In this document: positions 35,501-47,500 of the stretch, one piece after another
Layout: each line of letters begins with the position of its first letter
Numbering within the stretch: the stretch's first letter is position 1
Assembly: GCA_964016885.1 (NCBI GenBank)
Contig: OZ024744.1
Span: 129,642,001 to 129,706,000, forward strand
DNA length: 64,000 nt
Direction: 5' to 3'
Source: Eledone cirrhosa
Lineage: Eukaryota
Made by a program: the position numbers and the translations under genes
The notes under the pieces: generated by a model
Seen by the model: only the letters and a program-made list of their open reading frames with translations
Told to the model about the DNA's origin: nothing
Databases searched by the model: none

Positions 35501-38500
35501 GTTAGGGTTAAGTTAAGTTGGGGTTAATTTAAGTTGGGGTTAAGTTAAGTTGGGGTTAAGTTAAGTTGGGGTTAAGTTAAGTTGAGGTTAAAGTTAAGTA
35601 GGGGTTAAATTATGTTGGGGTTAAGTTAAGTTGGGGTTAAGTTAAGTTGGGGTTAAGTTAAGTTGGGGATAAGTTAAGTTGGGGATAAGTTAAGTTGGGG
35701 TTAATTAAGTTGGGTTTAAGTTAAGTTGGGGTTAAGTTAAGTTGGGGTTAAGTTAAGTTGGGGTTAAGTTAAGTTGGTTAGTTAAGTTGAGTTTAAGTTA
35801 AGTTGGGCTTAATTTAAGTTGGGGTTAAGTTAAGTTGGGGTTAAGTTAAGTTGGGGTTAAGTTAAGTTGGGGTTAAGTTAAGTTGGGGTTCAGTCAAGTT
35901 GGGGTTAAGTTAAGTTGGGGTTAAGTTGGGGTAAAATTAAGTTGGGGTTAAGTTAAGTTGGGGTTAAGTTAAGTTGGGGTTAAGTTAAGTTGGGGTTAAG
36001 TTAAGTTGCGGTTAAGTTAAGTTGAGGTTAAATTAAGTTGGGGTTAAGTTAAGTTGGGGTTAATTTAAGTTGGGGCTAAGTTAAGTTGGGGCTAAGTTAA
36101 GTTGGGGCTAAGTTAAGTTGGGGTTAAGTTAACTTTGGGTTAAGTTAAGTTGGGTTTGAGTTAAGTTGGGGTTAATTAAGTTGGGGTTAAGTTAAGTTGG
36201 GGTTAAGTTAAGTTGGGGTTAAGTTAAGTTGGTGTTAAGTTAAGTTGCGGTTAAGTTAAGTTGATGTTAAGTTAAGTTGGGGTTAATTTAAGTTGGGGTT
36301 AAGTTAAGTTGGGGCTAAGTTAAGTTGGGGCTAAGTTAAGTTGGGGCTAAGTTAAGTTGGGGTTAAGTTAAGGTGGGGTTAAGTTAAGTTGGGGTTAATT
36401 TAATTTGGGGTTAAGTTAAGTTAGGGTTAAGTTAAGTTGGGGTTATGTTAAGTTGGGGTTAAGTTAAGTTGGGGTTAAGTTAAGTTGGGGTTCAATTAAG
36501 TTGCGGTTAATTTAAGTTGGGTTTAAGTTAAGTTGGGGTTCAGTTAAGTTGGGGTTATGTTAAGTTGGTGTTAAGTTAAGTTGGGGTTAAGTTAAGTTGG
36601 GGTTAAGTTAAGTTGGGGTTAAGTTAGGTTGGTGTTAAGTTAAGTTGGCGGTAAGTTAAGTTGGGGGTAAGTTAAGTTGGTGTTAAGTTATGTTGGGGTT
36701 AAGTTAAGTTGGGGTTAAGTTAAGTTGGGTTTAAGTTAAGTTGGGGCTAAGTTAAGTTAGGGCTAAGTTAAGTTGGGGTTAAGTAAAGTTAGGGCTAAGT
36801 TAAGTTGGGGTTAAGTTAAGTTGGGGTTAATTTAAGTTGGGGTTACATTAAGTTGAGGTTAAGTTAAGTTGGGGTTAAGTTAAGTTGGGTTTAAGTTAAG
36901 TTGGGGCTAAGTTAAGTTGGGGTTAAGTTAAGTTGGGGTTGAGTTAAGTTGGGGTTAAGTTAAGTTGGGGTTAAGTTAAGTTGGGGTTAAGTTAAGTTGG
37001 GGCTGAGTTAAGTTGGGGTTACGTTAAGTTGGGGTTAAGGTAAGTTGGGGTTAAGTTAAGTTCGGGTTAAGTTAAGTTGGTGTTAAGTTAAGTTGGGGCT
37101 GAGTTAAGTTGGGGCTAAGTTAAGTTGGGTCTAAGTTAAGTTGGGGTTAAGTTAAGTTGGGGTTAAGTTAAGTTGGTGTTAAATTAAGTTGGGGTTAAGT
37201 TAAGTTGGTGTTAAGTTAAGTTGGGGTTAAGTTAAGTTGGGGTTAATTAAGTTGGGGTTAAGTTAAGTTGGGGTTAAGTTAATTGGGGTTAAATTAGGTT
37301 AGGGTTGAGTTAAGTTGGGGTTAAGTTAAGTTGGGGTTATATTAAGTTGGGGTTAAGTTAAGTTGGGGTTAAGTAAAGTTGGGGTTCAGTTAAGTTGCGG
37401 TTAAGTTAAGTTGGGGTTAAGTTAAGTTAGGCTTAACTTAAGTTGGGGTTAAGTTAAGTTGGGGTGAGTTAAGTTGGGGGTAAGTTAAGTTGGGGTTAAG
37501 TTAAGTTGGGGTTAAGTTGGGGTTAAGTTAATTTAGGGTTAAGTTAAGTTGGGGTTGAGTTAAGTTGGGGTTAAGTTAAGTGGTGGTTATGTTAAGTTGG
37601 GGTTAAATTAAGTTGGGGTTAATTTAAATTGGGGTTAATTTAACTTTGTGGTTAAGTTAAGTTGGGGTTAATTTAAGTTGGGGTTAAGTTAAGTTGGGGT
37701 TAATTTAATTTGTGGTTAAGTTAAGTTGGGGTTAAGTTAAGTTGGGGTTGAGTTAAGCTGGGGTTAAGTTAAGTTGGGGTTAAAATAAGTTGGGGTTAAG
37801 TTAAGTTGGGGTTGAGTTAAGTTGGGGTTGAGTTAATTCGGGGTTAAGTTAAGTTGGGGTTAACTTAAGTTGGGTTTAATTTAAGTTGGGGTTAAGTTAA
37901 GTTGGGGTTATAATTAAGTTGGGGTTAAGTTAAGTTGGGGGTAAGATAAGTTGGGGTTAGTTAAGTTGCGGTTAAGTTAAGTTGGGGTTAAGTTAAGTTG
38001 GGGTTAAGTTAAGTTGGGGTTAAGTTAAGTTGGGGTTAAATTAAGTTGGGGTTAATTTAAGTTGGGGTAAAGTTAAGTTGGGGGTAAGTTAAGTTGGGGT
38101 TAAGTTAAGTTGGGGTTAAGTTGGGGTTAAGTTAAGTTAGGGTTAACTTAAGTTGGGGTTGTGTTAAGTGGTGGTTATGTTAAGTGGTGGTTATGTTAAG
38201 TTGGGGTTAAGTTAAGTTGGGGTTAAGTTAAATTGGGGTTAAGTTAAGTTGCGGTTAAGTTAAGTTGGGGTTAAGTTAAGTTGGGGTTAAGTTAATTAGG
38301 GTTAAGTTAAGTTGGGGTTAAGTTAAGTTGGGGTTAAGTTAAGTTGGGGTTAAGTTAATTTGTGGTTAAGTTAAGTTGGGGTTAAGTTAAGTTGGGGTTA
38401 AGTTAAGTTGGGGATAAGTTAAGTTGAGGATAAGTTAAGTTGGGGTTAATTAAGTTGGCTTTAAGTTAAGTTGGGGTTAAGTTAAGTTGGGGTTAAGTTA

Positions 38501-41500
38501 AGTTGGGGTTAAGTTAAGTTGGTTAGTTAAGTTGAGTTTAAGTTAAGTTGGGGTTAATTTAAGTTGGGGTTAAGTTAAGTTGGGGTTAAGTTAAGTTTGG
38601 GTTAAGTTAAGTTGGGGTTCAGTTAAGTTGGGGTTAAGTTAAGTTGGGGTTAAGTTGGGGTAAAATTAAGTTGGGGTTAAGTTAAGTTGCGGTTAAGTTA
38701 AGTTGAGGTTAAGTTAAGTTGGGGTTAAGTTAAGTTGGGGTTAAGTTAAGTTGGGGCTAAGTTAAGTTGGAGCTAAGTTAAGTTGGGGCTAAGTTAAGTT
38801 GGGGTTAAGTTAAGTTGGGGTTAAGTTAAGGTGGGGTTAAGTTAAATTGGGGTCAACTTAAGTTGGGGTTAATTTAAGTTGGGGTTAAGTTAAGTTGGGG
38901 TTAAGTTAAGTTGGGGTTAAGTTAAGTTGGGGTTAAGTTAAGTTGGGGTTACGTTAAGTTGGGGGTAAGTTAAGTTGGTGGTAAGTTAAGTTGGGGGTAA
39001 GTTAAGATGGGGTTAAGTTAAGTTGGGGTTAATTTAATTTGGGTTTAAGTTAAGTTAGGGTTAAGTTAAGTTGGGGTTGAGTTAAGTTGGGGTTAAGTTA
39101 AGTTGGGGTTATGTTAAGTTGGGGTTAAGTTAAGTTGGGGTTAAGTTAAGTTGGGGTTCAATTAAGTTGCGGTTAATTTAAGTTGGGGTTAAGTTAAGTT
39201 GGGGTTAAGTTAAGTTGGGGTTAAGTTAAGTTGGGGTTAAATTAAGTTGGGGTTAAATTAAGTTGGGGTTAAGTTAAGTTGGGGTTATGTTAAGTTGGTG
39301 TTAAGTTAAGTTGGGGTTAAGTTAAGTTGGGGTTAAGTTAGGTTGGTGTTAATTTAAGTTGGGGTTAAGTTAAGTTGGGGTTAAGTTAAGTTGGTTAGTT
39401 AAGTTGAGTTTAAGTTAAGTTGGGGTTAATTTAAGTTGGGGTTAAGTTAAGTTGGGGTTAAGTTAAGTTGGGGTTAAGTTAAGTTGGGGTTCAGTTAAGT
39501 TGGGGTTAAGTTAAGTTGGGGTTAAGTTAAGTTGGGGTTAAGTTAAGTTGCCGTTAAGTTAAGTTGAGGTTAAGTTAAGTTGGGGTTAAGTTAAGTTGGG
39601 GTTAAGTTAAGTTGGGGCTAAGTTAAGTTGGGGCTAAGTTAAGTTGGGGCTAAGTTAAGTTGGGGTTAAGTTAACTTTGGGTTAAGTGAAGTTGGGTTTG
39701 AGTTAAGTTGGGGTTAATTAAGTTGGGGTTAAGTTAAGTTGGGGTTAAGTTAAGTTGGGGTTAAGTTGGGGTTAAGTTAAGTTGCGGTTAAGTTAAGTTG
39801 ATGTTAAGTTAAGTTGGGGTTAAGTTAAGTTGGGGTTAAGTTAAGTTGGGGCTAGGTTAAGTTGGGGTTAATTTAAGTTGGGGTTAAGTTAAGGTGGGGT
39901 TAAGTTAAGTTGGGGTCAACTTAAGTTGGGGTTAAGTTAAGTTGGGGTTAACTTAAGTTGGGGTTAAGTTAAGTTGGGGTTAAGTTAAGTTGGGGTTAAG
40001 TTAAGTTGGGGTTACGTTAAGTTGGGGGTAAGTCAAGTTGGTGGTAAGTTAAGTTGGGGGTAAGTTAAGATGGGGTTAAGTTAAGTTGGGGTTAATTTAA
40101 TTTGGGGTTAAGTTAAGTTAGGGTTAAGTTAAGTTGGGGTTGAGTTAAGTTGGGGTTAAGTTAAGTTGGGGTTATGTTAAGTTGGGGTTAAGTTAAGTTG
40201 GGGTTCAATTAAGTTGCGGATAATTTAAGTTGGGGTTAAGTTAAGTTGGGGTTAAGTTAAGTTGGGGTTAAGTTAAGTTGGGGTTAAATTAAGTTGGGGT
40301 TAAATTGAGTTGGGGTTAAGTTAAGTTGGGGTTATGTTAAGTTGGTGTTAAGTTAAGTTGGGGTTAAGTTAAGTTGGGGTTAAGTTAGGTTGGTGTTAAT
40401 TTAAGTTGGGGGTAAGTTAAGTTGGGGGTAACTTAAGTTGGTGTTAAGTTAAGTTGGGGTTAAGTTAAGTTGGGGTTAAGTTAAGTTGGGTTTAAGTTAA
40501 GTTGGGGCTAAGTTAAATTAGGGCTAAGTTAAGTTGGGGTTAAGTAAAGTTAGGGCTAAGTTAAGTTGGGGTTAAGTTAAGTTGGGGTTAATTTAAGTTG
40601 GGGTTACATTAAGTTGATGTTAAGTTAAGTTGGGGTTAAGTTAAGTTGGGGTTAAGATAAGTTGGGGTTAAATTAAGTTGGAGTTAAATTAAGTTGGGGT
40701 TAAGTTAAGTTGGGGTTAAGTTAGGTTGGTGTTAAGTTAAGTTGGGGTTAAGTTAATTTGTGGTTAAGTTAAGTTGGGGTTAAGTTAAGTTGGGGTTAAG
40801 TTCAGTCGGGGTTAAGTTAAGTCGGGGTTAAGTTAAGTTGGGGTTAAGTTAAGTTGCGGTTAAGTTAAGTTGGGGTTAAGTTAAGTTGGGGTTAAGTTAA
40901 TTAGGGTTAAGTTAAGTTGGGGTTAAGTTAAGTTGGGGTTAAGTTAAGTTAAGTTAAGTTGGGTTTAAGTTAAGTTGGGGCTAAGTTAAGTTAGGGCTAA
41001 GTTAAGTTGGGGTTAAGTTAAGTTGGGGTTAATTTAAGTTGGGGTTACATTAAGTTGAGGTTAAGTTAAGTTGTGGTTAAGTTAAGTTAGGGTTAATTTA
41101 AGTTAGGGTTATGTTAAGTTGGGGTTAAGTTAAGTTGGGGTTAAGTTAGGTTGGTGTTAAGTTAAGTTGGGGTTAAGTTAATTTGTGGTTAAGTTAAGTT
41201 GGGGTTAAGTTAAGTTGGGGTTAAGTTCAGTCGGGGTTAAGTTAAGTCGGGGTTAAGTTAAGTTGGGGTTAAGTTAAGTTGGGGTTAAGTTAAGTTGGGG
41301 TTGAGTTAAGTTGGGGTTAAGTTAAGGTGGGGTTAAAATAAGTTGGGGTTAAGTTAAGTTGGGGTTGAGTTAAGTTGGGGTTGAGTTAATTTGGGGTTAA
41401 GTTAAGTTGGGGTTAACTTAAGTTGGGTTTAATTTAAGTTGGGGTTAATTTAAGTTGGGGTTAAATTAAGTTGGGGTTAAGTTAAGTTGGGGGTAAGATA

Positions 41501-42730
41501 AGTTGGGGTTAGTTAAGTTGCGGTTAAGTTAAGTTGGGGTTAAGTTAAGTTGGGGTTAATTTAAGTTGGGGTTAATTTAAGTTGGGGTTAAGTTAAGTTG
41601 GGGTTAATTTAAGTTGGGGTTAATTTAAGTTGGGGTTAAGTTAAGTTGGGGTTAAGTTAAGTTGGGGTAAAGTTAAGTTGGGGTTAAGTTAAGTTGGGGT
41701 TAAGTTAAGTTGGGGTTAAGTTGGGGTTAAGTTAAGTTAGGGTTAACTTAAGTTGGGGTTGTGTTAAGTGGTGGTTATGTTAAGTGGTGGTTATGTTAAG
41801 TTGGGGTTAAGTTAAGTTGGGGTTAAGTTAAATTGGGGTTAAGTTAAGTTGCGGTTAAGTTAAGTTGGGGTTAAGTTAAGTTGGGGTTAAGTTAATTAGG
41901 GTTAAGTTAAGTTGGGGTTAAGTTAAGTTGGGGTTAAGTTAAGTTGGGGTTAAGTTAAGTCGGGGTTAAGTTAAGTTATGGTTAAGTTAAGTTGGGGTTA
42001 ATTTCAGTTGGGGTTAAGTTAAGTTGGGGTTAAGTTAAGTTGGGGTTAAGTTAAGTTGAGGTTAAAGTTAAGTAGGGGTTAAATTATGTTGGGGTTAAGT
42101 TAAGTTGGGGTTAAGTTGAGTTGGGGTTAAGTTAAGTTGGGGATAAGTTAAGTTGGGGATAAGTTAAGTTGGGGTTAATTAAGTTGGGTTTAAGTTAAGT
42201 TGGGGTTAAGTTAAGTTGGGGTTAAGTTAAGTTGGGGTTAAGTTAAGTTGGTTAGTTAAGTTGAGTTTAAGTTAAGTTGGGCTTAATTTAAGTTGGGGTT
42301 AAGTTAAGTTGGGGTTAAGTTAAGTTGGGGTTAAGTTAAGTTGGGGTTCAGTCAAGTTAAGTTGGGGTTAAGTTGGGGTAAAATTAAGTTAGGGTTAAGT
42401 TAAGTTGGGGTTAAGTTAAGTTGGGGTTAAGTTAAGTTGGGGTTAAGTTAAGTTGCGGTTAAGTTAAGTTGAGGTTAAATTAAGTTGGGGTTAAGTTAAG
42501 TTGGGGTTAATTTAAGTTGGGGCTAAGTTAAGTTGGGGCTAAGTTAAGTTGGGGCTAAGTTAAGTAGGGGTTAAGTTAACTTTGGGTTAAGTTAAGTTGG
42601 GTTTGAGTTAAGTTGGGGTTAATTAAGTTGGGGTTAAGTTAAGTTGGGGTTAAGTTAAGTTGGGGTTAAGTTAAGTTGGTGTTAAGTTAAGTTGCGGTTA
42701 AGTTAAGTTGATGTTAAGTTAAGTTGGGGT
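11560..42730 (+). repeat. ~15.6 kb higher-order tandem duplication (copies ~11560-27160 and ~27160-42730; partial upstream copy from ~5100)
   Basis: AATTCGGGG 13957/29525, 14432/30000 and 15723/31291; GCCG 17422/32990; GGTGC 16074/31642 (all offset 15568). AAGTAGGGG 12171/27755, 20012/35596 and 26486/42070 (15584). AATTCGGGG 22219/37835 and GCCG 23934/39550 (15616). Confidence 0.93.
12750..15800 (+). repeat. Compound 475-bp + 1291-bp local duplication (also at ~28320-31370)
   Basis: AATTCGGGG at 13957, 14432 and 15723. GGCGG at 12752 and 14518 (1766 = 475 + 1291). The same triplet recurs at 29525, 30000 and 31291. Confidence 0.88.
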
Positions 42731-44519
42731 TAAGTTAAGTTGGGGTTAAGTTAAGTTGGGGCTAAGTTAAGTTGGGGCTAAGTTAAGTTGGGGCTAAGTT
42801 AAGTTGGGGTTAAGTTAAGGTGGGGTTAAGTTAAGTTGGGGTCAACTTAAGTTGGGGTTAAGTTAAGTTGGGGTTAAGTTAAGTTGGGGTTAAGTTAAGT
42901 TGGGGTTAAGTTAAGTTGGGGTTACGTTAAGTTGGGGGTAAGTTAAGTTGGTGGTAAGTTAAGTTGGGGGTAAGTTAAGATGGGGTTAAGTTAAGTTGGG
43001 GTTAATTTAATTTGGGGTTAAGTTAAGTTAGGGTTAAGTTAAGTTGGGGTTATGTTAAGTTGGGGTTAAGTTAAGTTGGGGTTAAGTTAAGTTGGGGTTC
43101 AATTAAGTTGCGGTTAATTTAAGTTGGGTTTAAGTTAAGTTGGGGTTAAGTTAAGTTGGGGTTATGTTAAGTTGGTGTTAAGTTAAGTTGGGGTTAAGTT
43201 AAGTTGGGGTTAAGTTAAGTTGGGTTTAAGTTAAGTTGGGTTTAAGTTAAGTTGGGGCTAAGTTAAGTTAGGGCTAAGTTAAGTTGGGGTTAAGTTAAGT
43301 TGGGGTTAATTTAAGTTGGGGTTACATTAAGTTGAGGTTAAGTTAAGTTGTGGTTAAGTTAAGTTAGGGTTAATTTAAGTTAGGGTTATGTTAAGTTGGG
43401 GTTAAGTTAAGTTGGGGTTAAGTTAGGTTGGTGTTAAGTTAAGTTGGGGTTAAGTTAATTTGTGGTTAAGTTAAGTTGGGGTTAAGTTAAGTTGGGGTTA
43501 AGTTCAGTCGGGGTTAAGTTAAGTCGGGGTTAAGTTAAGTTGGGGTTAAGTTAAGTTGGGGTTAAGTTAAGTTGGGGTTGAGTTAAGTTGGGGTTAAGTT
43601 CAGGTGGGGTTAAAATAAGTTGGGGTTAAGTTAAGTTGGGGTTGAGTTAAGTTGGGGTTGAGTTAATTTGGGGTTAAGTTAAGTTGGGGTTAACTTAAGT
43701 TGGGTTTAATTTAAGTTGGGGTTAATTTAAGTTGGGGTTAAATTAAGTTGGGGTTAAGTTAAGTTGGGGGTAAGATAAGTTGGGGTTAGTTAAGTTGCGG
43801 TTAAGTTAAGTTGGGGTTAAGTTAAGTTGGGGTTAATTTAAGTTGGGGTTAATTTAAGTTGGGGTTAAGTTAAGTTGGGGTTAATTTAAGTTGGGGTTAA
43901 TTTAAGTTGGGGTTAAGTTAAGTTGGGGTTAAGTTAAGTTGGGGTAAAGTTAAGTTGGGGTTAAGTTAAGTTAGGGTTAAGTTAAGTTGGGGTTATGTTA
44001 AGTTGGGGTTAAGTTAAGTTGGGGTTAAGTTAAGTTGGGGTTCAATTAAGTTGCGGTTAATTTAAGTTGGGTTTAAGTTAAGTTGGGGTTAAGTTAAGTT
44101 GGGGTTATGTTAAGTTGGTGTTAAGTTAAGTTGGGGTTAAGTTAAGTTGGGGTTAAGTTAAGTTGGGTTTAAGTTAAGTTGGGGCTAAGTTAAGTTAGGG
44201 CTAAGTTAAGTTGGGGTTAAGTAAAGTTAGGGCTAAGTTAAGTTGGGGTTAAGTTAAGTTGGGGTTAATTTAAGTTGGGGTTACATTAAGTTGAGGTTAA
44301 GTTAAGTTGGGGTTAAGTTAAGTTGGGTTTAAGTTAAGTTGGGGCTAAGTTAAGTTAGGGCTAAGTTAAGTTGGGGCTGAGTTAAGTTGGGGTTAAGTTA
44401 AGTTGGGGTTGAGTTAAGTTGGGGTTAAGTTAAGTTGGGGTTAAGTTAAGTTGGGGCTGAGTTAAGTTGGGGTTACGTTAAGTTGGGGTTAAGGTAAGTT
44501 GGGGTTAAGTTAAGTTCGG

Positions 44520-47500
44520 GTTAAGTTAAGTTGGTGTTAAGTTAAGTTGGGGCTGAGTTAAGTTGGGGCTAAGTTAAGTTGGGTCTAAGTTAAGTTGGGG
44601 TTAAGTTAAGTTGGGGTTAAGTTAAGTTGGTGTTAAATTAAGTTGGGGTTAAGTTAAGTTGGTGTTAAGTTAAGTTGGGGTTAAGTTAAGTTGGGGTTAA
44701 TTAAGTTGGGGTTAAGTTAAGTTGGGGTTAAGTTAATTGGGGTTAAATTAAGTTAGGGTTGAGTTAAGTTGGGGTTAAGTTAAGTTGGGGTTATATTAAG
44801 TTGGGGTTAAGTTAAGTTGGGGTTCAGTTAAGTTGCGGTTAAGTTAAGTTGGGGTTAAGTTAAGTTAGGCTTAACTTAAGTTGGGGTTAAGTTAAGTTGG
44901 GGGTGAGTTAAGTTGGGGGTAAGTTAAGTTGGGGTTAAGTTAAGTTGGGGTTAAGTTGGGGTTAAGTTAATTTAGGGTTAAGTTAAGTTGGGGTTGAGTT
45001 AAGTTGGGGTTAAGTTAAGTGGTGGTTATGTTAAGTTGGGGTTAAGTTAAGTTGGGGTTAATTTAAATTGGGGTTAATTTAACTTTGTGGTTAAGTTAAG
45101 TTGGGGTTAATTTAAGTTGGGGTTAAGTTAAGTTGGGGTTAATTTAATTTGTGGTTAAGTTAAGTTGGGGTTAAGTTAAGTTGGGGTTGAGTTAAGCTGG
45201 GGTTAAGTTAAGTTGGGGTTAAAATAAGTTGGGGTTAAGTTAAGTTGGGGTTGAGTTAAGTTGGGGTTGAGTTAATTCGGGGTTAAGTTAAGTTGGGGTT
45301 AACTTAAGTTGGGTTTAATTTAAGTTGGGGTTAAGTTAAGTTGGGGTTATAATTAAGTTGGGGTTAAGTTAAGTTGGGGGTAAGATAAGTTGGGGTTAGT
45401 TAAGTTGCGGTTAAGTTAAGTTGGGGTTAAGTTAAGTTGGGGTTAAGTTAAGTTGGGGTTAAGTTAAGTTGGGGTTAATTTAAGTTGAGGTTAATTTAAG
45501 TTGGGGTAAAGTTAAGTTGGGGGTAAGTTAAGTTGGGGTTAAGTTAAGTTGGGGTTAAGTTGGGGTTAAGTTAAGTTAGGGTTAACTTAAGTTGGGGTTG
45601 TGTTAAGTGGTGGTTATGTTAAGTGGTGGTTATGTTAAGTTGGGGTTAAGTTAAGTTGGGGTTAAGTTAAATTGGGGTTAAGTTAAGTTGCGGTTAAGTT
45701 AAGTTGGGGTTAAGTTAAGTTGGGGTTAAGTTAATTAGGTTTAAGTTAAGTTGGGGTTAAGTTAAGTTGGGGTTAAGTTAAGTTGGGGTTAAGTTAATTT
45801 GTGGTTAAGTTAAGTTGGGGTTAAGTTAAGTTGGGGTTAAGTTAAGTTGGGGATAAGTTAAGTTGAGGATAAGTTAAGTTGGGGTTAATTAAGTTGGCTT
45901 TAAGTTGAGTTGGGGTTAAGTTAAGTTGGGGTTAAGTTAAGTTGGGGTTAAGTTAAGTTGGTTAGTTAAGTTGAGTTTAAGTTAAGTTGGGGTTAATTTA
46001 AGTTGGGGTTAAGTTAAGTTGGGGTTAAGTTAAGTTGGGGTTAAGTTAAGTTGGGGTTCAGTTAAGTTGGGGTTAAGTTAAGTTGGGGTTAAGTTGGGGT
46101 AAACTTAAGTTGGGGTTAAGTTAAGTTGCGGGTAAGTTAAGTTGAGGTTAAGTTAAGTTGGGGTTAAGTTAAGTTGGGGTTAAGTTAAGTTGGGGCTAAG
46201 TTAAGTTGGAGCTAAGTTAAGTTGGGGCTAAGTTAAGTTGGGGTTAAGTTAAGTTGGGGTTAAGTTAAGGTGGGGTTAAGTTAAGTTGGGGTCAACTTAA
46301 GTTGGGGTTAATTTAAGTTGGGGTTAACTTAAGTTGGGGTTAAGTTAAGTTGGGGTTAAGTTAAGTTGGGGTTAAGTTAAGTTGGGGTTACGTTAAGTTG
46401 GGGGTAAGTTAAGTTGGTGGTAAGTTAAGTTGGGGGTAAGTTAAGATGGGGTTAAGTTAAGTTGGGGTTAATTTAATTTGGGGTTAAGTTAAGTTAGGGT
46501 TAAGTTAAGTTGGGGTTGAGTTAAGTTGGGGTTAAGTTAAGTTGGGGTTATGTTAAGTTGGGGTTAAGTTAAGTTGGGGTTAAGTTAAGTTGGGGTTCAA
46601 TTAAGTTGCGGTTAATTTAAGTTGGGGTTAAGTTAAGTTGGGGTTAAGTTAAGTTGGGGTTAAGTTAAGTTGGGGTTAAATTAAGTTGGGGTTAAATTAA
46701 GTTGGGGTTAAGTTAAGTTGGGGTTATGTTAAGTTGGTGTTAAGTTAAGTTGGGGTTAAGTTAAGTTGTGGTTAAGTTAGGTTGGTGTTAATTTAAGTTG
46801 GGGGTAAGTTAAGTTGGGGGTAAGTTAAGTTGGTGTTAAGTTAAGTTGGGGTTAAGTTAAGTTGGGGTTAAGTTAAGTTGGGGTTAAGTTAGGGTCGAGT
46901 TAAGTTGGGGTTAAGTTAAGTGGGGGTTATATTAAGTTGGGGTCAAGTTAAGTTGGGGTTAAGTTAAGTTGGGGTTCATTTAAGTTGCGGTTAAGTTAAG
47001 TTGGTGTTAAGTTAAGTTGGGGTTAAGTTAAGTTGGGGTTAAATTAAGTTGGGGTTAAGTTAAGTTGGGGTTAAGTTAAGTTGGGGTTAAGTTAAGTTGC
47101 GGTTAAGTTAAGTTGGGGTTAAGTTAAGTTGGGGTTAAATTAAGTTGGGGTTAAGTTAAGTTGGGGTTAAGTTAAGTTGGGATAAAGTTAAGTTGGTGTT
47201 AAGTTAAGTTGAGGTTAAGTTTACTTGGGGTTAAGTTAAGTTGCGGTTAAGTTAAGTTGGGGTTGAGTTAAGTTGGTGTTGAGTTAAGTTGGGGTTAATT
47301 TAAGTTGGGGTTAATTTAAGTTGGGGTTAAGCTAAGTTGGGGTTAAGTTAAATCGAGGTTAAGTTAAGTTGGGCTTAAGTTAAGTTGGGGTTAATTTAAG
47401 TTGGGGTTAAGTTAAGTTGGGTTTAAGTTAAGTTGGGGTTACATTAAGGTGGGGTTAAGTTAAGTTGGGGTTAAGTTAAGTTGGGCGTTAAGTTAATTTG

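Larger units (their letters stand above)
1..42730 (+). repeat. ~6.5-7.4 kb intermediate HOR blocks underlying the 15.6 kb unit
   Basis: AATTCGGGG spacings are 6576, 7376, 6496, 7306 and 6544. GCCG spacings are 6512, 6512 and 6560. AAGTAGGGG 4795/12171 gives the same 7376 offset as AATTCGGGG 6581/13957. Confidence 0.85.
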
